Source: Octopus vulgaris (taxonomy: Eukaryota). Taken from it: a stretch of DNA of 64,000 nt. Each line of letters opens with the position of its first letter. The stretch's first letter is position 1. Positions 1 through 13,189 of the stretch are shown one piece after another. The translations under genes were made by a program, and so were the position numbers. The stretch lies in the NCBI GenBank assembly GCA_951406725.2, contig OX597818.1, forward strand, positions 44,454,001 through 44,518,000, written 5' to 3'. The notes below the pieces were generated by a model. It was given only the letters and a program-made list of their open reading frames with translations. It did not search any database and was not told the DNA's origin.

Positions 1-159
1 TTCTCAGCTGTATCCTCTCCTCTTACAACCAATCTGCTCATCATACCAAACACCCTTAATTGAAGTGAAAGCATTTGACCATTTGCACACTGAATCCCCT
101 GCTCCACCTGTACTTATCTCATGGATGTGCATGGCTATTTTTTTTATTGTTTGTTCCTT

Positions 160-452
160 CTTGAGTCACACCTGGCTCATAAGGGCCGGTTTCCCGGTTA
201 CCTTGGCTTATAGGTTCCCCACATGGACGGGACGGTGGTCCATCGTAGGTGAGCTGCAAGATGCAGGAGGAAAGAGTGAGAGAAAGTTGTGGTGAAAAAG
301 TCAGCAGAAGTTCGCCACTACTGTCTGCTGGAGCCGCGTGGAGCTTAGGTGTTTCACTCATAAACACACACATCGCCCGGTCTGAGATTCAAACCCGCGA
401 TCCCTTGACCGTGAGTCCGCTGCTCTAACCACTAGGCCATGTGCCTTCACAA
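160..452 (-). mobile_element. tRNA-derived SINE, head C + tail 1 (V-domain-like)
   Basis: Minus strand starts GGCACATGGCCTAGTGGTTAGAGCAGCGGACTC (A box) with a B-box-like GGTTTGAATC. Near-identical copy at 14130-14410. Confidence 0.8.
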
Positions 453-454
453 TG

Positions 455-690
455 TGCATGGCTTAGTGATAGGAAGGTAAGATTGTGAGTTCGATTCCTG
501 GACTGGGTGATGCATTGTGTTCTTAAGCATATCACTTCATTTCATGTTGCTCCAGTCCACTCAGCCTGTAAAAATGAGTAATCTTGTGACTGACCAGCGT
601 TCTATCCAGGTGGGGCATTTACATGTCACAGAAACCAGAAAACAGACCCTTATGAGTTGGCATGACCCAAGAAGATAACTTTACTTTTTG
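455..690 (+). mobile_element. tRNA-derived SINE, head D + tail 1 (degenerate)
   Basis: TGGCTTAGTG...GAGTTCGATTCC boxes, TTGCTCCAGTCCACTCAGC core, tail GACCCTTATGAG. Confidence 0.65.
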
Positions 691-1002
691 TTTTACTGTA
701 CCTATCTTATACCCTTCTATTTCTTCTCCTACACACTGATCCTATGTATTCTGAATCCTTTCTGCCCTTGCCATCAATATCCTGCAACCCCTTCTTACTC
801 TATTCTTCCTAACCATGATTCTTTAGTGGAGATGGGTGGGTTTGCCCTCTTGCAGTCTTTGCCCACATGCTCTGAGTCTTTTGTCACTATGCTCTCTTCC
901 TTTCACCTTCTTGGGCATGTTACATTGAGAATATGTTCTGACACCTCCTTCTCCTCCACCTCCTTCTTCTCCTCCATGTTCTCTGTTATTCTCTCAAATA
1001 CC

Positions 1003-1185
1003 TATTTCTTTACTGCCCACAAGGGTCTACACACGGAGGGGACAAACAAGGACAGACAAACAGATTAAGTCAATTATATCGACCCCAGTGCGTAACTGGT
1101 ACTTAATTTATCGACCCCGAAAGGACGAAAGGCAAAGTCGACCTCGGTGGAATTTGAACTCAGAACGTAACGGCAGATGAAAATA
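1003..1185 (-). mobile_element. SINE family B (3' part)
   Basis: Minus strand GAGTTCAAATTCC...GACTTTGCCTTTCGTCCTTTCGGGGTCGATAAATTAAGTACCAG; many copies in the window. Confidence 0.75.
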
Positions 1186-1980
1186 TTCTCTCAACTACCA
1201 CTCACGAAGACAATAAAACTGTTCCTTCCATTATACTGTAACTTTCAACGCCTCACTGAATCTCATCATTCTCCCATTCTACTTTGCAATGGTGGAGACT
1301 CCTTTCACACAGTGTGTTACAAAGCAATCTCTTTTGTGTAGGTGGAATGAAAAAAAGTATTCAGAAGTTCTGTGATGTGGTTGGTGAATCAAGTAGAGAC
1401 AATGCAGGGTTTTGAAAGGCTAGAAAACTTTGAAAGTGCAGATGCCAAGAAAAAAATGCACCCTGCATACTGTAAAATGGTTGGTGTTAGAAAAGGCAAC
1501 CATGCATAAAGCATAACTTGCTAGATTCTGTTGGATTGTCTCACCCATTTTAGCACCCACAAACACACACACACACAAGCATGCATGCACACACACACGT
1601 ATGCATGTACACACACACTGATACACACATACACACACACAAACTGCTCAAACACTAGAAAAGTTGCTGTGTTACTACATAGCCAATATATCATTGAAAA
1701 TATCTTAGTTACAGAATTACTAAATATTGAATATCCCCTCTACTTTGATCATACTTGCATTTACTGATAAAAAAATTCATCTGAACTGAGAAATCAAAAA
1801 GGCTTTAAATCAGAAATTATGATGGACAGATTAGGTTAATACAGCTGATTATTTCAATCCAAGAGACCGTTTCAATTTGATAATTACGAATAATAATTAT
1901 GATAATTATTTATGATTGTCAAATTCAAATACTTCCTTTCTATATAATAAATTTAGATAAATACAAAATAACAGTAATAA

Positions 1981-2112
1981 ATCCAGCTGTAGAAACACTG
2001 CCAGATCAGACTGGAGCCTGGTGCAGCCTCCTGGCTTCCCAGACCCCGGTCGAACCATCCAACCCATGCTAGCATGGAAAACGGACGTTAAACAATGATG
2101 ATGATGATGATG
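1981..2112 (+). mobile_element. Repeat family E 3' end with (GAT)n tail
   Basis: ATCCAGCTGTAGAAAC...AACCCATGCTAGCATGGAAAACGGACGTTAAAC followed by (GAT)n; more than 10 copies in the window. Confidence 0.75.
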
Positions 2113-2113
2113 A

Positions 2114-2154
<41 letters not shown>

Positions 2155-2157
<3 letters not shown>

Positions 2158-2712
2158 CCCTGATGCAGTACCAAGCAGTGGCTCTCATGGCTTCTGATCT
2201 TAACTGATTGGAAGTGTTATCATGTACATTGTTTTGTCTTGGTATAAAAGATGGGCTACAGCAAATATTCTGCTCAATACCACAGATTTGCTTGTCAGTT
2301 GTTTGACCTTAACCAGTTGAGCATGTCCCTTAGTGGCTGACGATATGTGCATCTCTGATCACGAGCAGAAGTAGTGGGGGAGCATCATAGCCATGTGTTG
2401 AGAGGGATTCTTTGGGGTTTGAATAATTCACCTCTGGAAACATGGGTGGTTCTTTCAACATCCTTAAACAACCCTTATTCAGGGACCTTTTGAGCAGGAT
2501 GGGCTACTCAACCTGAAGAAAATTCTAACTGGGTCCCACCTGCAAGGTCATGTGCTGTTTATCTTGATATGAGATCACCATGTCGCGTACATATGGTTGT
2601 GATGCATGTGCCTGGTGTACCCTTATCAGACGGGTAGTCATGATGGGTATATTGGGCTTCGTATATTTTACCCCAGTGTCACTTTGATGGCATGCACTGC
2701 TCTCTCACTCAA
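2155..2712. repeat. Unclassified interspersed element between (AAT)n tracts
   Basis: GC-richer ~560-bp block bounded by (AAT)n on both sides; no long ORF; possibly a LINE 3' UTR. Confidence 0.4.
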
Positions 2713-4735
2713 TAATAATGATAATAATAATAATATTTATTTATCTATTTCTTTTATGACTAGGTATATATGAAATTATCACTTCGCTGCCAACAAGGAA
2801 ACTAGAGACAAGAACATATATTATCATTTGTGACACATAGAAATGTAAGTCGCTGATTTCCCCAGGTATATAGATATTCTAATGTCATTTTTATTCATTG
2901 TTGTTACTAAGTGTGCTACAGTTAACTGTAGCTTATATCAGGTCTTAAGTCACTGTGCAGAAAGTAATAAGATTTCAGCCATGAAAAGAGATTTAGGAGA
3001 ATTGTTTTCAGCAATGATATTTGGGATTCCCGTGATATCTAAAACCAGATAAACAGAAGTGTTATAAGTAAGCACACTGTAATACAATGCCAAAGCTGAC
3101 ATGGCAGTACCCTTATAATTTGGTTAACTTGTTGATTGTATTGTATTGTATGGTGAGCAAATTATATTCAAAGCCTCAATAAAAACACTATCTTTTTATT
3201 GTCATATAAATTACAGACTCTATACACAAAGTAAATAAAATTCTTGCTGAGAAATAATAACTTTATTTTCTGATACAATTTATGATAAGTAGTGTTGGTT
3301 ATAGAATACAAGTTCAGCGAATAAATCTATTTATGGCATGTTTGGATATTGGAAATTTGGTTTTATTATAAAATCATTGAAAATAAAAATGACTGTGATA
3401 AATGACTGTTTGTATTAAAGAAACTGTGTAATTTTGGTAGTGTCTACTAAAAGTTAACTCCATCAGCTGAGGGTATATGAGCAGTCAGCTGAAATAATGT
3501 AACGAAAATAGTTTGTGTTGTTCATCAAATCAATGAAGCCAAGTCAGAAGGGGAGTAAGATCTAAATTAGGATTGTGGATTCTAAAATTATGTAGACTAT
3601 ACAAAAACATTCCACTTCTGAGAGGAAAGGGATATGTAGACTTTCACAATATAATTAATGATGCATAACATGCTTATATTTAGAATGAGGATTAAGCCAA
3701 TGTCTGCATATGAATCTGAAATAACAAATGAGATGCTATTGGTATATTTGTGGTTGGAAATTTTCTATGCAGCAAAAGTGGCTAAAAAATCCATAGAGAA
3801 GACATGAAATTTTATATATTTATATATATATATATATATATATTCTAATCACTGCATCCAATGCTGTCTGAGTATCGAGGCAATGATACTGGACATATCT
3901 GTATCTTATCACCCTTGCAATAATTTTTATTTGATCTCTCATTCACCCACCTCAAAACGCCAATGTATAAATGTTTGTATTAGATAAATTTGTAACCAAT
4001 ACAGCCAACCATCACTCATCACTATTGCTACCATCACTCCCTCTCCCACTGGGAAACATGTAGCTGCCAAAACTATTTCTCTTCCATTCCCTCTTACTCT
4101 GTTTCTCCCTTCATACTCTCACTGCATTCACCTACTCATCCTGGCTCTTCTGTCATCATTCTCTCTCTTCTTTACTCTCTTGGTCATGTTGCCTTGTGCT
4201 AACAGAAACCCAGACATATACCAGCAAGAGATGATCTGGATTAGACAAACTCATTAGAGTAATAACTACTCTGCAAGCACAGCATCGTCTTCCAAGAGCA
4301 GAGACATAAGAGTTAAGAATGCTAGTCAAAAAATGTCATAATCTGTCTACCTTACAAAAGGGAAGAGTTGAAAAAAATTCAGATCTGTTGTTCATACAAC
4401 ATCGGGACAGTATTCAAAAAGAGGTCTACCAGACATTTTTCATGAACAAAACATAAGAGATCATAACTAAGAACACTGCAATTGTGGCAGTGAATATAAA
4501 TGTGAAATAAGTACCACCTAAAATTAAAGTTAGAAACATTAAAAAAGTTATGATTTATGGGGAGATAGAAAAATCAGGCATGGTTGGTTGTGAAGAGAAA
4601 AGGGAAACCATCAACCCTTGTGGAACAAAGTCAAGATAATAGATAAACAACACTGTAAGATAAAATGACTGAAAGGAATCAGTGTATATACTGGCCTGAT
4701 AGCCTCCTCAGTAGGTCCACTATACAGATGTATAC

Positions 4736-5012
4736 CATCATCATCATCATCATTGTTTAACATCCGCTTTCCATGCTAGCATGGGTTTGACAATTTTGAC
4801 TGAGGGTTGGCAAGCCAGATGGCTGCACCAGGCTCCAATCTTGATCTGGCAGAGTTTCTACAGCTGGATGCCCTTCCTAACGCCAACCACTCCGAGAATG
4901 TAGTGGGTGCTTTTTACGTGCCACCGGCACGGGGGCCAGTCAGGCGGCACTAGTAACAACCTCACTTGAATCTTTTTACACGTGCCACTGGCACAGGTGC
5001 CAGTGAAGCGAC
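4736..5012 (-). mobile_element. Repeat family E
   Basis: (CAT)n then GTTTAACATCCGCTTTCCATGCTAGCATGGG...GGATGCCCTTCCTAACGCCAACC. Confidence 0.75.
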
Positions 5013-5104
5013 CATGTATAAATGAAATAAAGCCACTCTTGATTACAGCAAAATTATTAAAAATATTACTAATAATTTGTGCAACTGACGTATTATTTTA
5101 CTTC

Positions 5105-5860
5105 CTCCAGGGATAAGCTATAGAAACTAAAAGCTGAAGTAGCTACGTGTATTCTACCTAGCAACAATAGAAAACAAAATAATACCTAGAGCCAAACATA
5201 CAATATACATTAGATATATAGATGATATACTTGTTGTACTGGACACATCAAAAGATGAGAAATTAAAGAAAGGCCTGGAGAGTAATCCACTAATAAAATT
5301 CAACACCCAAAACAATGCTAATTCAATTCCATTAGTGGACACAAACATTCAAACTGAAAACAATAGATACATTATGCCAGTTTACACAAAAAATAAATGA
5401 ATGTATATATCTACATGTCCACGTTAGGGAAATCACTAATAAGGGGATCGTTTAGATTTCTCTGACCAGACGAGACATTACATAAAGAAATACAGAATAT
5501 AGAACAATTGCTAATTGACATTGGATACTTAAACAAACTTTTAGATTAAGCTACTAATGAATAGAAACACAAATAGAATGAAACCAATATATTAGACAGT
5601 AACCTTGTTAAAGTACATCTATTATATACTAATACATACCAGGTATCAGAAGAGAATAACCCACTATAGAAGAATCTCATAAAATGAAATAGATGCTGAC
5701 ATTAGTAATAAATTATAAAAAACAATAAAATCAAAAAATTTGTTATTAACAATATACTAAAAAGGCATGTAAACTTGAAAACAAACTTAGAATGACCGAA
5801 TAAGAATAATAAATTTGACTGTAAAACTGAAAGTTGCAATCTTCACAATTCCAATAGTTA
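5105..5860 (+). pseudogene. Degenerate Penelope-like element reverse transcriptase
   Basis: Fragments QG*AIETK (cf. QGIAMGT), RYIDDILVV (from 5212) and NPLIKFNTQNNANSIPLVDTNIQTENNRYIMPVYTK (cf. PLE 'IKFT.E...IPFLD...VYRK'); stops and frameshifts present. Confidence 0.65.
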
Positions 5861-5865
5861 CATTT

Positions 5866-6062
5866 ACTCTTTTTACTCTTTTACTTTTTTTCAGTCATTT
5901 GATTATGGCCATGCTGGAGCACCACCTTTAGCCAAGCAAATCGACCCCAGGACTTATTCTTTGTACGCTTGGTACTTATTCTATCGGTCTCTTTTGCTGA
6001 ATTGCTAAGGCACGGGGATGTAAACACACCAGCATTGGTTGTCAAGTGATGTTGGGGGGACA
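5866..6062 (-). mobile_element. SINE family A, 3' half
   Basis: TTCAGTCATTTGA..TGGCCATGCTGGAGCACC...GGTTGTCAAG matches other family A copies. Confidence 0.8.
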
Positions 6063-6169
6063 AACTGGAGTCTGGAGAGCTCTACAGCTGGCCAGTTCTT
6101 ATCAAACTGTTCATCCCATGCCAGATGATGATGATGATGATGATGATGATGTGTGCAATATATTTATAT

Positions 6170-6670
6170 CACAAGGCGATTTAGAAAAGGAAAATACGGA
6201 CACTTAAAGAGCCAAACAGGATCAGGAAAGTATTAGTTGAAGCATTTGAAAAGAAGGTGAGGGAGATGAATAGTTCCCATGAGACAAGCCACTGAGGGTT
6301 ACAGGCCAAATCTATGACTGGAACGAGGTGGAACAGTACTGTAGACGGAGCCATAAAAGCTAAGAAAGCCCTGGAAAGACCGGAAGTAAGAGGTTAACAG
6401 AGAAGAAGACCAAGTAGTTGTATTTAGTAAGGAAAGAGGCAGAAAATATGAGGTTGTCAATGCTGAGCATCATAAAGATCAAAAATGTAAGGCTTTCTGG
6501 ATTGCATGATAGTATACTAGAGAAAGTCAAGATATCATTGGAAAGAAGTGTGAATGGAATGATAATGACATACTTGCCTTTATTAGCATTGAATAGAAAG
6601 AGGTGTGGAAGGGGTTACTGAATGAATAAGTAGACCCAACAAAGACCCTGCCATTTAAGTTGACAGTAAT
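6170..6670 (+). mobile_element. Highly degenerate LINE (RTE-like) ORF fragment
   Basis: Purine-rich block with remnant W/K/R-rich RT-upstream-like coding; many stops. Confidence 0.3.
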
Positions 6671-6677
6671 CTAGTGA

Positions 6678-7000
6678 AGGCAAGTGGCTTAGTGGTTAGG
6701 GCATTTGGCTCATGATTGTAAGGTTGTGAGTTTGATTCCCGGCGACACATTGTGTCCTTGAGCAAGATACTTTATTTCACGTTGCTCCAGTCCACTCAGC
6801 TGGCAAAAATGAGTTGTACCTGTATTTCAAAGGGCCGGCCTTGTCACACTTTGTGTCCTGCTGAATGTCCCTGAGAACCACGTTAGGGGTACGCGTGTCT
6901 GTGGATTGCGCAGTCACTTGCGTGTTAATTTCATGAGCAGACTGTTTCGTTGATTGTATCAGCTGGGACCCTCGTTGTCATAACCGACGGAGTGTGCTCC
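6678..7000 (+). mobile_element. tRNA-derived SINE, head D + tail X
   Basis: TGGCTTAGTGGTTAGGGC (A box), GAGTTTGATTCCC (B box), TGTGTCCTTGAGCAAG core; tail shared with 43495-43690. Confidence 0.8.
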
Positions 7001-7144
7001 TAATTTAGTGGCAAGCAGAATTAAGGATATAAAAGCATAAAATATCTGTGAAATAGAGTACATGCTAGTCACTTGCATAGCCAATCAGGTAATACAGAGA
7101 GGTGTCATAGCCACTTACAGGTATTGCAGTATCATTGTTAACAA

Positions 7145-7362
7145 CTGGCCGTTTGCCAGCCTGCTCTGGCCCCATGTGCTGGTGGTACGTAAAAAACACC
7201 CACTACACTCATGGAGTGGTTGGTGTTAGGAAGGGCATCCAGCTGTAGAAACACTGCCAAATCAGACTGGAGCCTGGTGCAGCCTCCATGGCTTCCAGAC
7301 CCTGGTTGAACCGTCCAACCCATGCTAGCATGGAAAACTGACGTTAAATGATGATGATAATG
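7145..7362 (+). mobile_element. Repeat family E
   Basis: GGAAGGGCATCCAGCTGTAGAAAC...(GAT)n tail. Confidence 0.75.
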
Positions 7363-8231
7363 ATTAACAACTATAAGAGCAAAAGAAATGTACCAGAGCG
7401 AGGCAATTATAGAGACATCAAATCTGTTACTGTGTTCTTAATGCAAATATATACTTCTACTACATGTTTTATATAACGTCAGTGATCAGGACATGATAGA
7501 TTAATTCATAATTTACAAGAACTACTAATTAAGAATACTTGAATTTAAATAGCTACTAAACAGGGACTATAGTTTTATCTGAAAATATTTTGATTCCATA
7601 GGAAAAACAAGAGGATATGACTTTTAATCGTACATTATTTGTAAAAGCACATGAATGGATATTTTAACAAGGTTTCAAGTGCTTCTTACCAAGAGATCTG
7701 GAATCACTCTGCATAAACACTAGAAATGTAAATGAACAACAATAAGCATGAGATTCTAAAAATAACTGTAGAGTTCTAGTGAAAGTGATGATAGATTATA
7801 CAAAGACATGTGCTTGATCCAGATTTAAGTATGAAGGGTTGTGATTTTAAGAGTTATTATAGTAGTGTTCTGGGAATTTACAAGTGAGTCTAGGTGTTTG
7901 TTCATGATTTTATTTGTAGCTGCAGGGGGATATGCGATTAGAAGCAGACTGCAACTTTCAGCTTTTCCCATGTCATGACTAAATGCAATTTCTATTTTAA
8001 TATTTAATTTTGCATTGTTTATAAATAAACATTGTTTCCAAATTGGATAGACTGGGCAGTCAAAAATAGTTTCTGTCTTTCCAATCGTTATAACAAAGCA
8101 GAAATAAAAACAAAAATTAATTAACTTTCTCCTTTTTCTCATGCCTTAAGATAATTCTAATTTTGATAAATAAGGCAGGCTCTACAATACATAAAAAGTT
8201 TCACTCATGTGTAATCTAACATCTTACTTTC

Positions 8232-8262
<31 letters not shown>

Positions 8263-8589
8263 CTTTCATGCATTCTCCCTCCATGTATGTATTGCTTGTA
8301 TGTTTGCATTTTTGGCCAGAGACTCCACCATCAATTTGGTGCTGAACTTTCATATTTTCAAAAGAAATGCTCAGTCAAGAGAAGGAAGTATAGTACAGTT
8401 CCTATATAAAGAGAAGACGACCTAACTGATATTTTGACTCTCATCCTCTCACTTCATGAGTTTTGGAGCTACCATTAAAACTGGATATAATACATCCTCT
8501 CCTATACTTACCAGGTTGGCTTTTAAAGAATATGAGTTAGTCAATATTCAAATGATTAACAGATTTTTCAGATGATTTATGTGTGTAAA

Positions 8590-8922
8590 TCATCATCATC
8601 ATCATCATCATCATCGTTTAACGTCCGTTTTCCGTGCTAGCATGGGTTGGACGGTTCGACCAGGGTCTGGGAAGCCAGGAGGCTGCACCAGGCTCCAGTC
8701 TGATCTGGCAGTGCTTCTACAGCTGGATGCCCTTCCTAATACCAACCACTCCGTGAGTGCTTTTTATGTGCCAGGGGAGGCTGGCAGTGGCCACGATCAG
8801 TTGGTGCTTTTTACGTGCCACCGGCACAGAAGCCAGTCAAGGTGGCACTGGCATCGGCCATGTTCAGATGGTGCTTTTTACGTGCCACCGGCACAGAAGC
8901 CAGTCAAGGCGGCGCTGGCATT
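8590..8922 (-). mobile_element. Repeat family E with internal ~60-bp tandem units
   Basis: (CAT)n start; repeated GGTGCTTTTTACGTGCCACCGGCACAGAAGCCAGTCAAGG. Confidence 0.75.
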
Positions 8923-9884
8923 GGAAAGTCTTTACAAATGTTTTACAGTATACATGATCCAGAAAAATCTTTCCGTAAAATTAATTTCTGGAGTATTGTG
9001 TATTGCAAAGATGGACTGATGACCCAACATTCAACCCACATTATTCTGAAGAAATAAAATCAAACTCACCATCACCTGCTAATGAAGCACTTGTCATTTT
9101 ACACCATTGAAATACATCATTCTACATACTAGGTGGACTTGGCCTTTAGAGGTGTCTTGCTATTTTTGCATGTGCCTATGTATGCATGTGCATGTGCTTA
9201 TACAGGCACATACATATGTATGGATACATATGTGTGTGTGTGTGTGTAAGAATATACATATGTATATATAAGTATGTGTCTGCATGTAAGTAAGCGTATA
9301 TCATCATCAGTCATTATCATCTAGCATCTGTCTTCCATGCTGGGATGAATGGTTTGACACGATCCAACAAACTGGAGAAGCTTGTTTAAGCTTCACTGTC
9401 TGCTTTGTTGTGATTTATACAGCTAGATATTCTTCCTAACACTAACCACTCTACAGAGTGTTCTTGGCGTCTTTTTGTCTCCAAGGCACCAGCACTAGTG
9501 GGGTCATCAGGTAACTCACAAAGCAAAGAAAATCCCCTTCAAATGAGCTTGGATGCAATAGAGAAGAAGGTGGCTTTTACGCTAGGTGTTGAGAAGCTAA
9601 GGTATGATAGAGGGACAAGAACTGGTGTCTTGCAAAAGAGGAGATACATGGCTACCATGCATTATATAAGGGTGGGTGGCTGGAAGTAGCTGAAGTATGC
9701 AAGATGTTTTACAGGAATTAGAATGTATAATATATTGTTTTTGCCTATTCTGATCATACTATTTGTGTAAAAAAAGAGAGTTCACCCAGGAATCATAAAT
9801 GGTTTTCAAAGAAAAACAAATTTACATATGTTATTAAAAGTATCTGGTGAGAGACTGATATAGTTTACTTCTATCCTATATATA

Positions 9885-10055
9885 AGCGCAGGAGTGGCTG
9901 TGTGGTAAGTAGCTTTCTTACCAACCACATGGTTCTAGGTTCAGTCCTACTGCGTGGCACCTTGGGCAAGTGTCTTCTACTATAGCCTCAGGCTGACCAA
10001 AGACTTGTGAGTGGATTTGGTAGATGGAAACTGAAAGAAGCCCGTCGTATATATG

Positions 10056-10102
<47 letters not shown>

Positions 10103-10325
10103 TTGTGTGTCTGTGTTTGTCCCCCTCAACATTGCTTGACAACCGATGCTGGTGTGTTTACGTCCCCGTAACTTAGCGGTTCGGCAAAAGAGACCGACAG
10201 AATAAGTACTAGGCTTACAAAGAATAAGTCCTGGGGTCGATTTGCTTGACTAAAGGCGGTGCTCCAGAATGGCCACAGTCAAATGACTGAAACAAGTAAA
10301 AGAGAGTAAAAAAAGAAAAAGAGAG
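9885..10325 (+). mobile_element. SINE family A, full length (tRNA head, CORE-like CCTTGGGCAAGT, central TA/TG microsatellite, GAGTAAAA tail)
   Basis: GCGCAGGAGTGGCTGTGTGGTAAG...GGTTCAGTCC...GACTGAAACAAGTAAAAGAG; about 20 copies in the window. Confidence 0.85.
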
Positions 10326-10875
10326 TATAAAATATATTTATAGAATATATCTAAAGATTTTAGTCAACCCCGTATGTAATATAGACAGATATAAACAGCA
10401 TGTCCTTGTATACAATATCTTTATCAACTGCAACAAAAATATCAGCCAGACTAGCTTTAATCTTGTGTTAATATTTTATCAGTGACTGGGTGTCTGCTCT
10501 GCTGTCCACAAAGACACTGCTTATAAAAACCCACTATCACTAAAGGCTTGATTATATAAGATAGACCAATTTGCTTATATAACACTTGCAGTCTGATTAA
10601 ATATTCATTAATATACTTTAGGATTAGTAACTCTGATTGTTGCTACACTGGGAGCCATTTTAAAGCATTACTCAAACTCATATATCTGATACACAAATAC
10701 TAGCTGCAAGTGTTTCAATATATGCATCTCAGTTTCAGCATAATATATAACCTATAATGATTTTTTAAAATATTTACTGTAGACACTAAAATCTCAAAAT
10801 ATAATTAATCTAAGCTCTTTAATAAAATTAAAGATAGAAAAGCTATGTAAAGCAACAGAGTATTCAGCTACAAAA

Positions 10876-11273
10876 TCTCTCTATATATAAAGCTGAAGTT
10901 GTCAGTGTATGGCAGGTTTGGTAGCCTTCAAATAACACTATCTCCTCTGTGACCCTGCAGCGCAAGTTAATCAAAATTGAGAGTATGATAGAAGAAGGCT
11001 TGCTCTTCATTCTGTAGAAGAAAAAATTCAAATCGGGCCATGTTAAGACCAAAAATTATTTACATCAAAAAGGTGCTTTTTTTCTATGAAAATCCATATT
11101 TTTTATGATTTTTGGACTGCTGTGTCGCCATTTTTTGGTGTATTTCAACCCGAAAAATGTTCACTTAAAGAGAATAACAAGCTACATCATGCAAAATTTT
11201 TACTTTTCAAAAGTTCCAATTCTAAAGTGTCGAAAAGAAAACAAACCCAAGCAATGCCGGGTGATACTGCTAG
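10876..11273 (+). mobile_element. Non-autonomous Helitron
   Basis: 5' TC after A, subterminal hairpin remnant CCCAAGCAATGCCGGG, 3' CTAG before T, no TSD; second copy at 27086-27477. Confidence 0.8.
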
Positions 11274-12129
11274 TACAATAATATAATTCAAGGCAGATTC
11301 TGTTTGTTTCCTTTATGGAGTACACCCACACCTTAATAAAAAAATTACACTGGACAGAAGGATATTTTCCACCTAATTAAGGAATTTGAACTTCTTTGTT
11401 TTTCTGAAGAATTCCTGAAGCTGAGAGAAAGATTGATATAGTAACTTAAAAATAATTATAAATAAATGAATCAGAAAGTGAATGAACAGAAAAGAGTTTG
11501 TTAAGCTTCATTGAGAAAAGAGAAGCAGTGATGCAAGATAGCAACATAATTACTAAATATTGCATATAAATACCTGAAATACTTTCAATATAATAACAAG
11601 ATGTCTTGCTAGACTTAATAACAGGTGTATAATATTAGCAACATCACTCCATATTTTTAGGAAAGTTACTGTAGATGCTTAAAATTGCTTAAAATTGGTA
11701 CTATTTCATAGACTGATAATTATTATAACCTTGCATACCTCTATTTTTGTATGTGATTCAAAAAAGTAAAAATTAAATAAAATCTTTTATATTTGTTTTT
11801 TCATTATTTGCATGATTTGGTTTTCTATAAATTCAGGTATTCGTTTTCGTTTTTCCTGTTTCAGCTCAGAGCTGTGGCCATGCTGGTGCACCGCCGTTCA
11901 CATATAAATTCTTTGAAAAAATATTTTACGTTCCCTTTCTTCAGCCAATGCAACTATTTCTTATCAAAACAAATTGATGCAAACAGTGTCAATTGCTAGT
12001 AAATAACCATTTTTTCCTCCTTGTGAAAGGTTTTGATTTTACTAAATTTTTACTAAATGTTCTCTAAACATCTTGAATCAGTCCTTTCTTTTATTAGTTT
12101 CTTTCACAAACACACATTCACATATACAA

Positions 12130-12438
12130 ATAAACATGTATGTATGTATGTATGTATGTATGTATGTATGTATGTATGTATGTATGTATGTATGTATGTA
12201 TGCATGGATGCACGCATGCATGTATGTATGTATGTATGTGTATGTATGTATGTATGTATGTGTGTGTGTGTATGGATGGATGGATGTATGTCATTGTTCA
12301 GTTTTATTTCAAGATTTCTTGCCAATAGAGAAAAGGCTGATTTCTAACCTAGATTCAAGGCTCCTTCATTGGAATTTCAACATCAACAACAAGGTATTTT
12401 TGTTTGTTTGTTTGTTTGTTTGTTTGTTTGTATGTATG

Positions 12439-12472
<34 letters not shown>

Positions 12473-12700
12473 TGTATGTATGTATGTATGTATGTATGCA
12501 TGCATGCATGTATATATGTATATATATGCGTAGGTTTGTATGTTTTGCTTTATGTATGTATTCTCATGCACATAGTTGCATATCTAGACATGCTCATATA
12601 TATATATACACACACATACATATATGTATGTATGTACATACGTGTGTATGTGTGTGTGCATGTATGTATGTTTGTATGCATGTACATGCATACATGATAA
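12130..12700. repeat. Compound (TATG)n/(TTTG)n/(TG)n microsatellites
   Basis: Visible directly; source of the spurious MYVC/HTYI ORFs. Confidence 0.95.
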
Positions 12701-12971
12701 GCTTTTGCACAGTTTCTATCTTACTGACACTGTTGAAATGGTGTAATAAAGTAAGTATCATACATAATCCTTCACTCAATTTAAAAGATGCTTATATATC
12801 ATTGACAACCATAGATGGTATGGTAGTAGAAGGTGATGCAAACGACATAATTGTTTCTATAGATAAACAGCTTCTATCATAGCATTGTCCTCCCCATTTA
12901 ATTAATTGCTATTATTCACGAATGTATATTAATACACTCACTATGCATTCTTTATCATTATCTATCTAGTA

Positions 12972-13172
12972 CAGTGGTTTTCAACCAGGGTTCCGCTAGT
13001 TCAGTCCAGGGGTTCCGCAAGAAGTTTCAAAACTGCTAAAATCGGCAGTAATTTTTAAGTCTCCTGTGCAGATATGTGTGCATAAGACTATTAAATTATT
13101 GCACAGGGGTTCCTCGGGCCAGTGGAATGTTTCCTTGGGGTCCCGCTCCAGCAAAAAGTTTGAAAAGCACTG
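12972..13172. mobile_element. hAT (Charlie-like) MITE
   Basis: TIRs CAGTGGTTTTCAA / TTGAAAAGCACTG; exact 8-bp TSD ATCTAGTA at 12964-12971 and 13173-13180. Confidence 0.9.
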
Positions 13173-13189
13173 ATCTAGTATGTTAACAT

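Noticed and set aside
8505-9150. Minus-strand donor-like sites (gtaagta near 8510, gtgagtt near 9068) as possible further exons
   Set aside because: No convincing acceptor with a phase-1-compatible open frame.
12057-12882. Long ORFs (up to 269 aa), and similar ones at 22689-23481, 24182-24668 and 60471-60834
   Set aside because: Translations of (TATG)n/(TG)n/(TA)n microsatellites, not genes.
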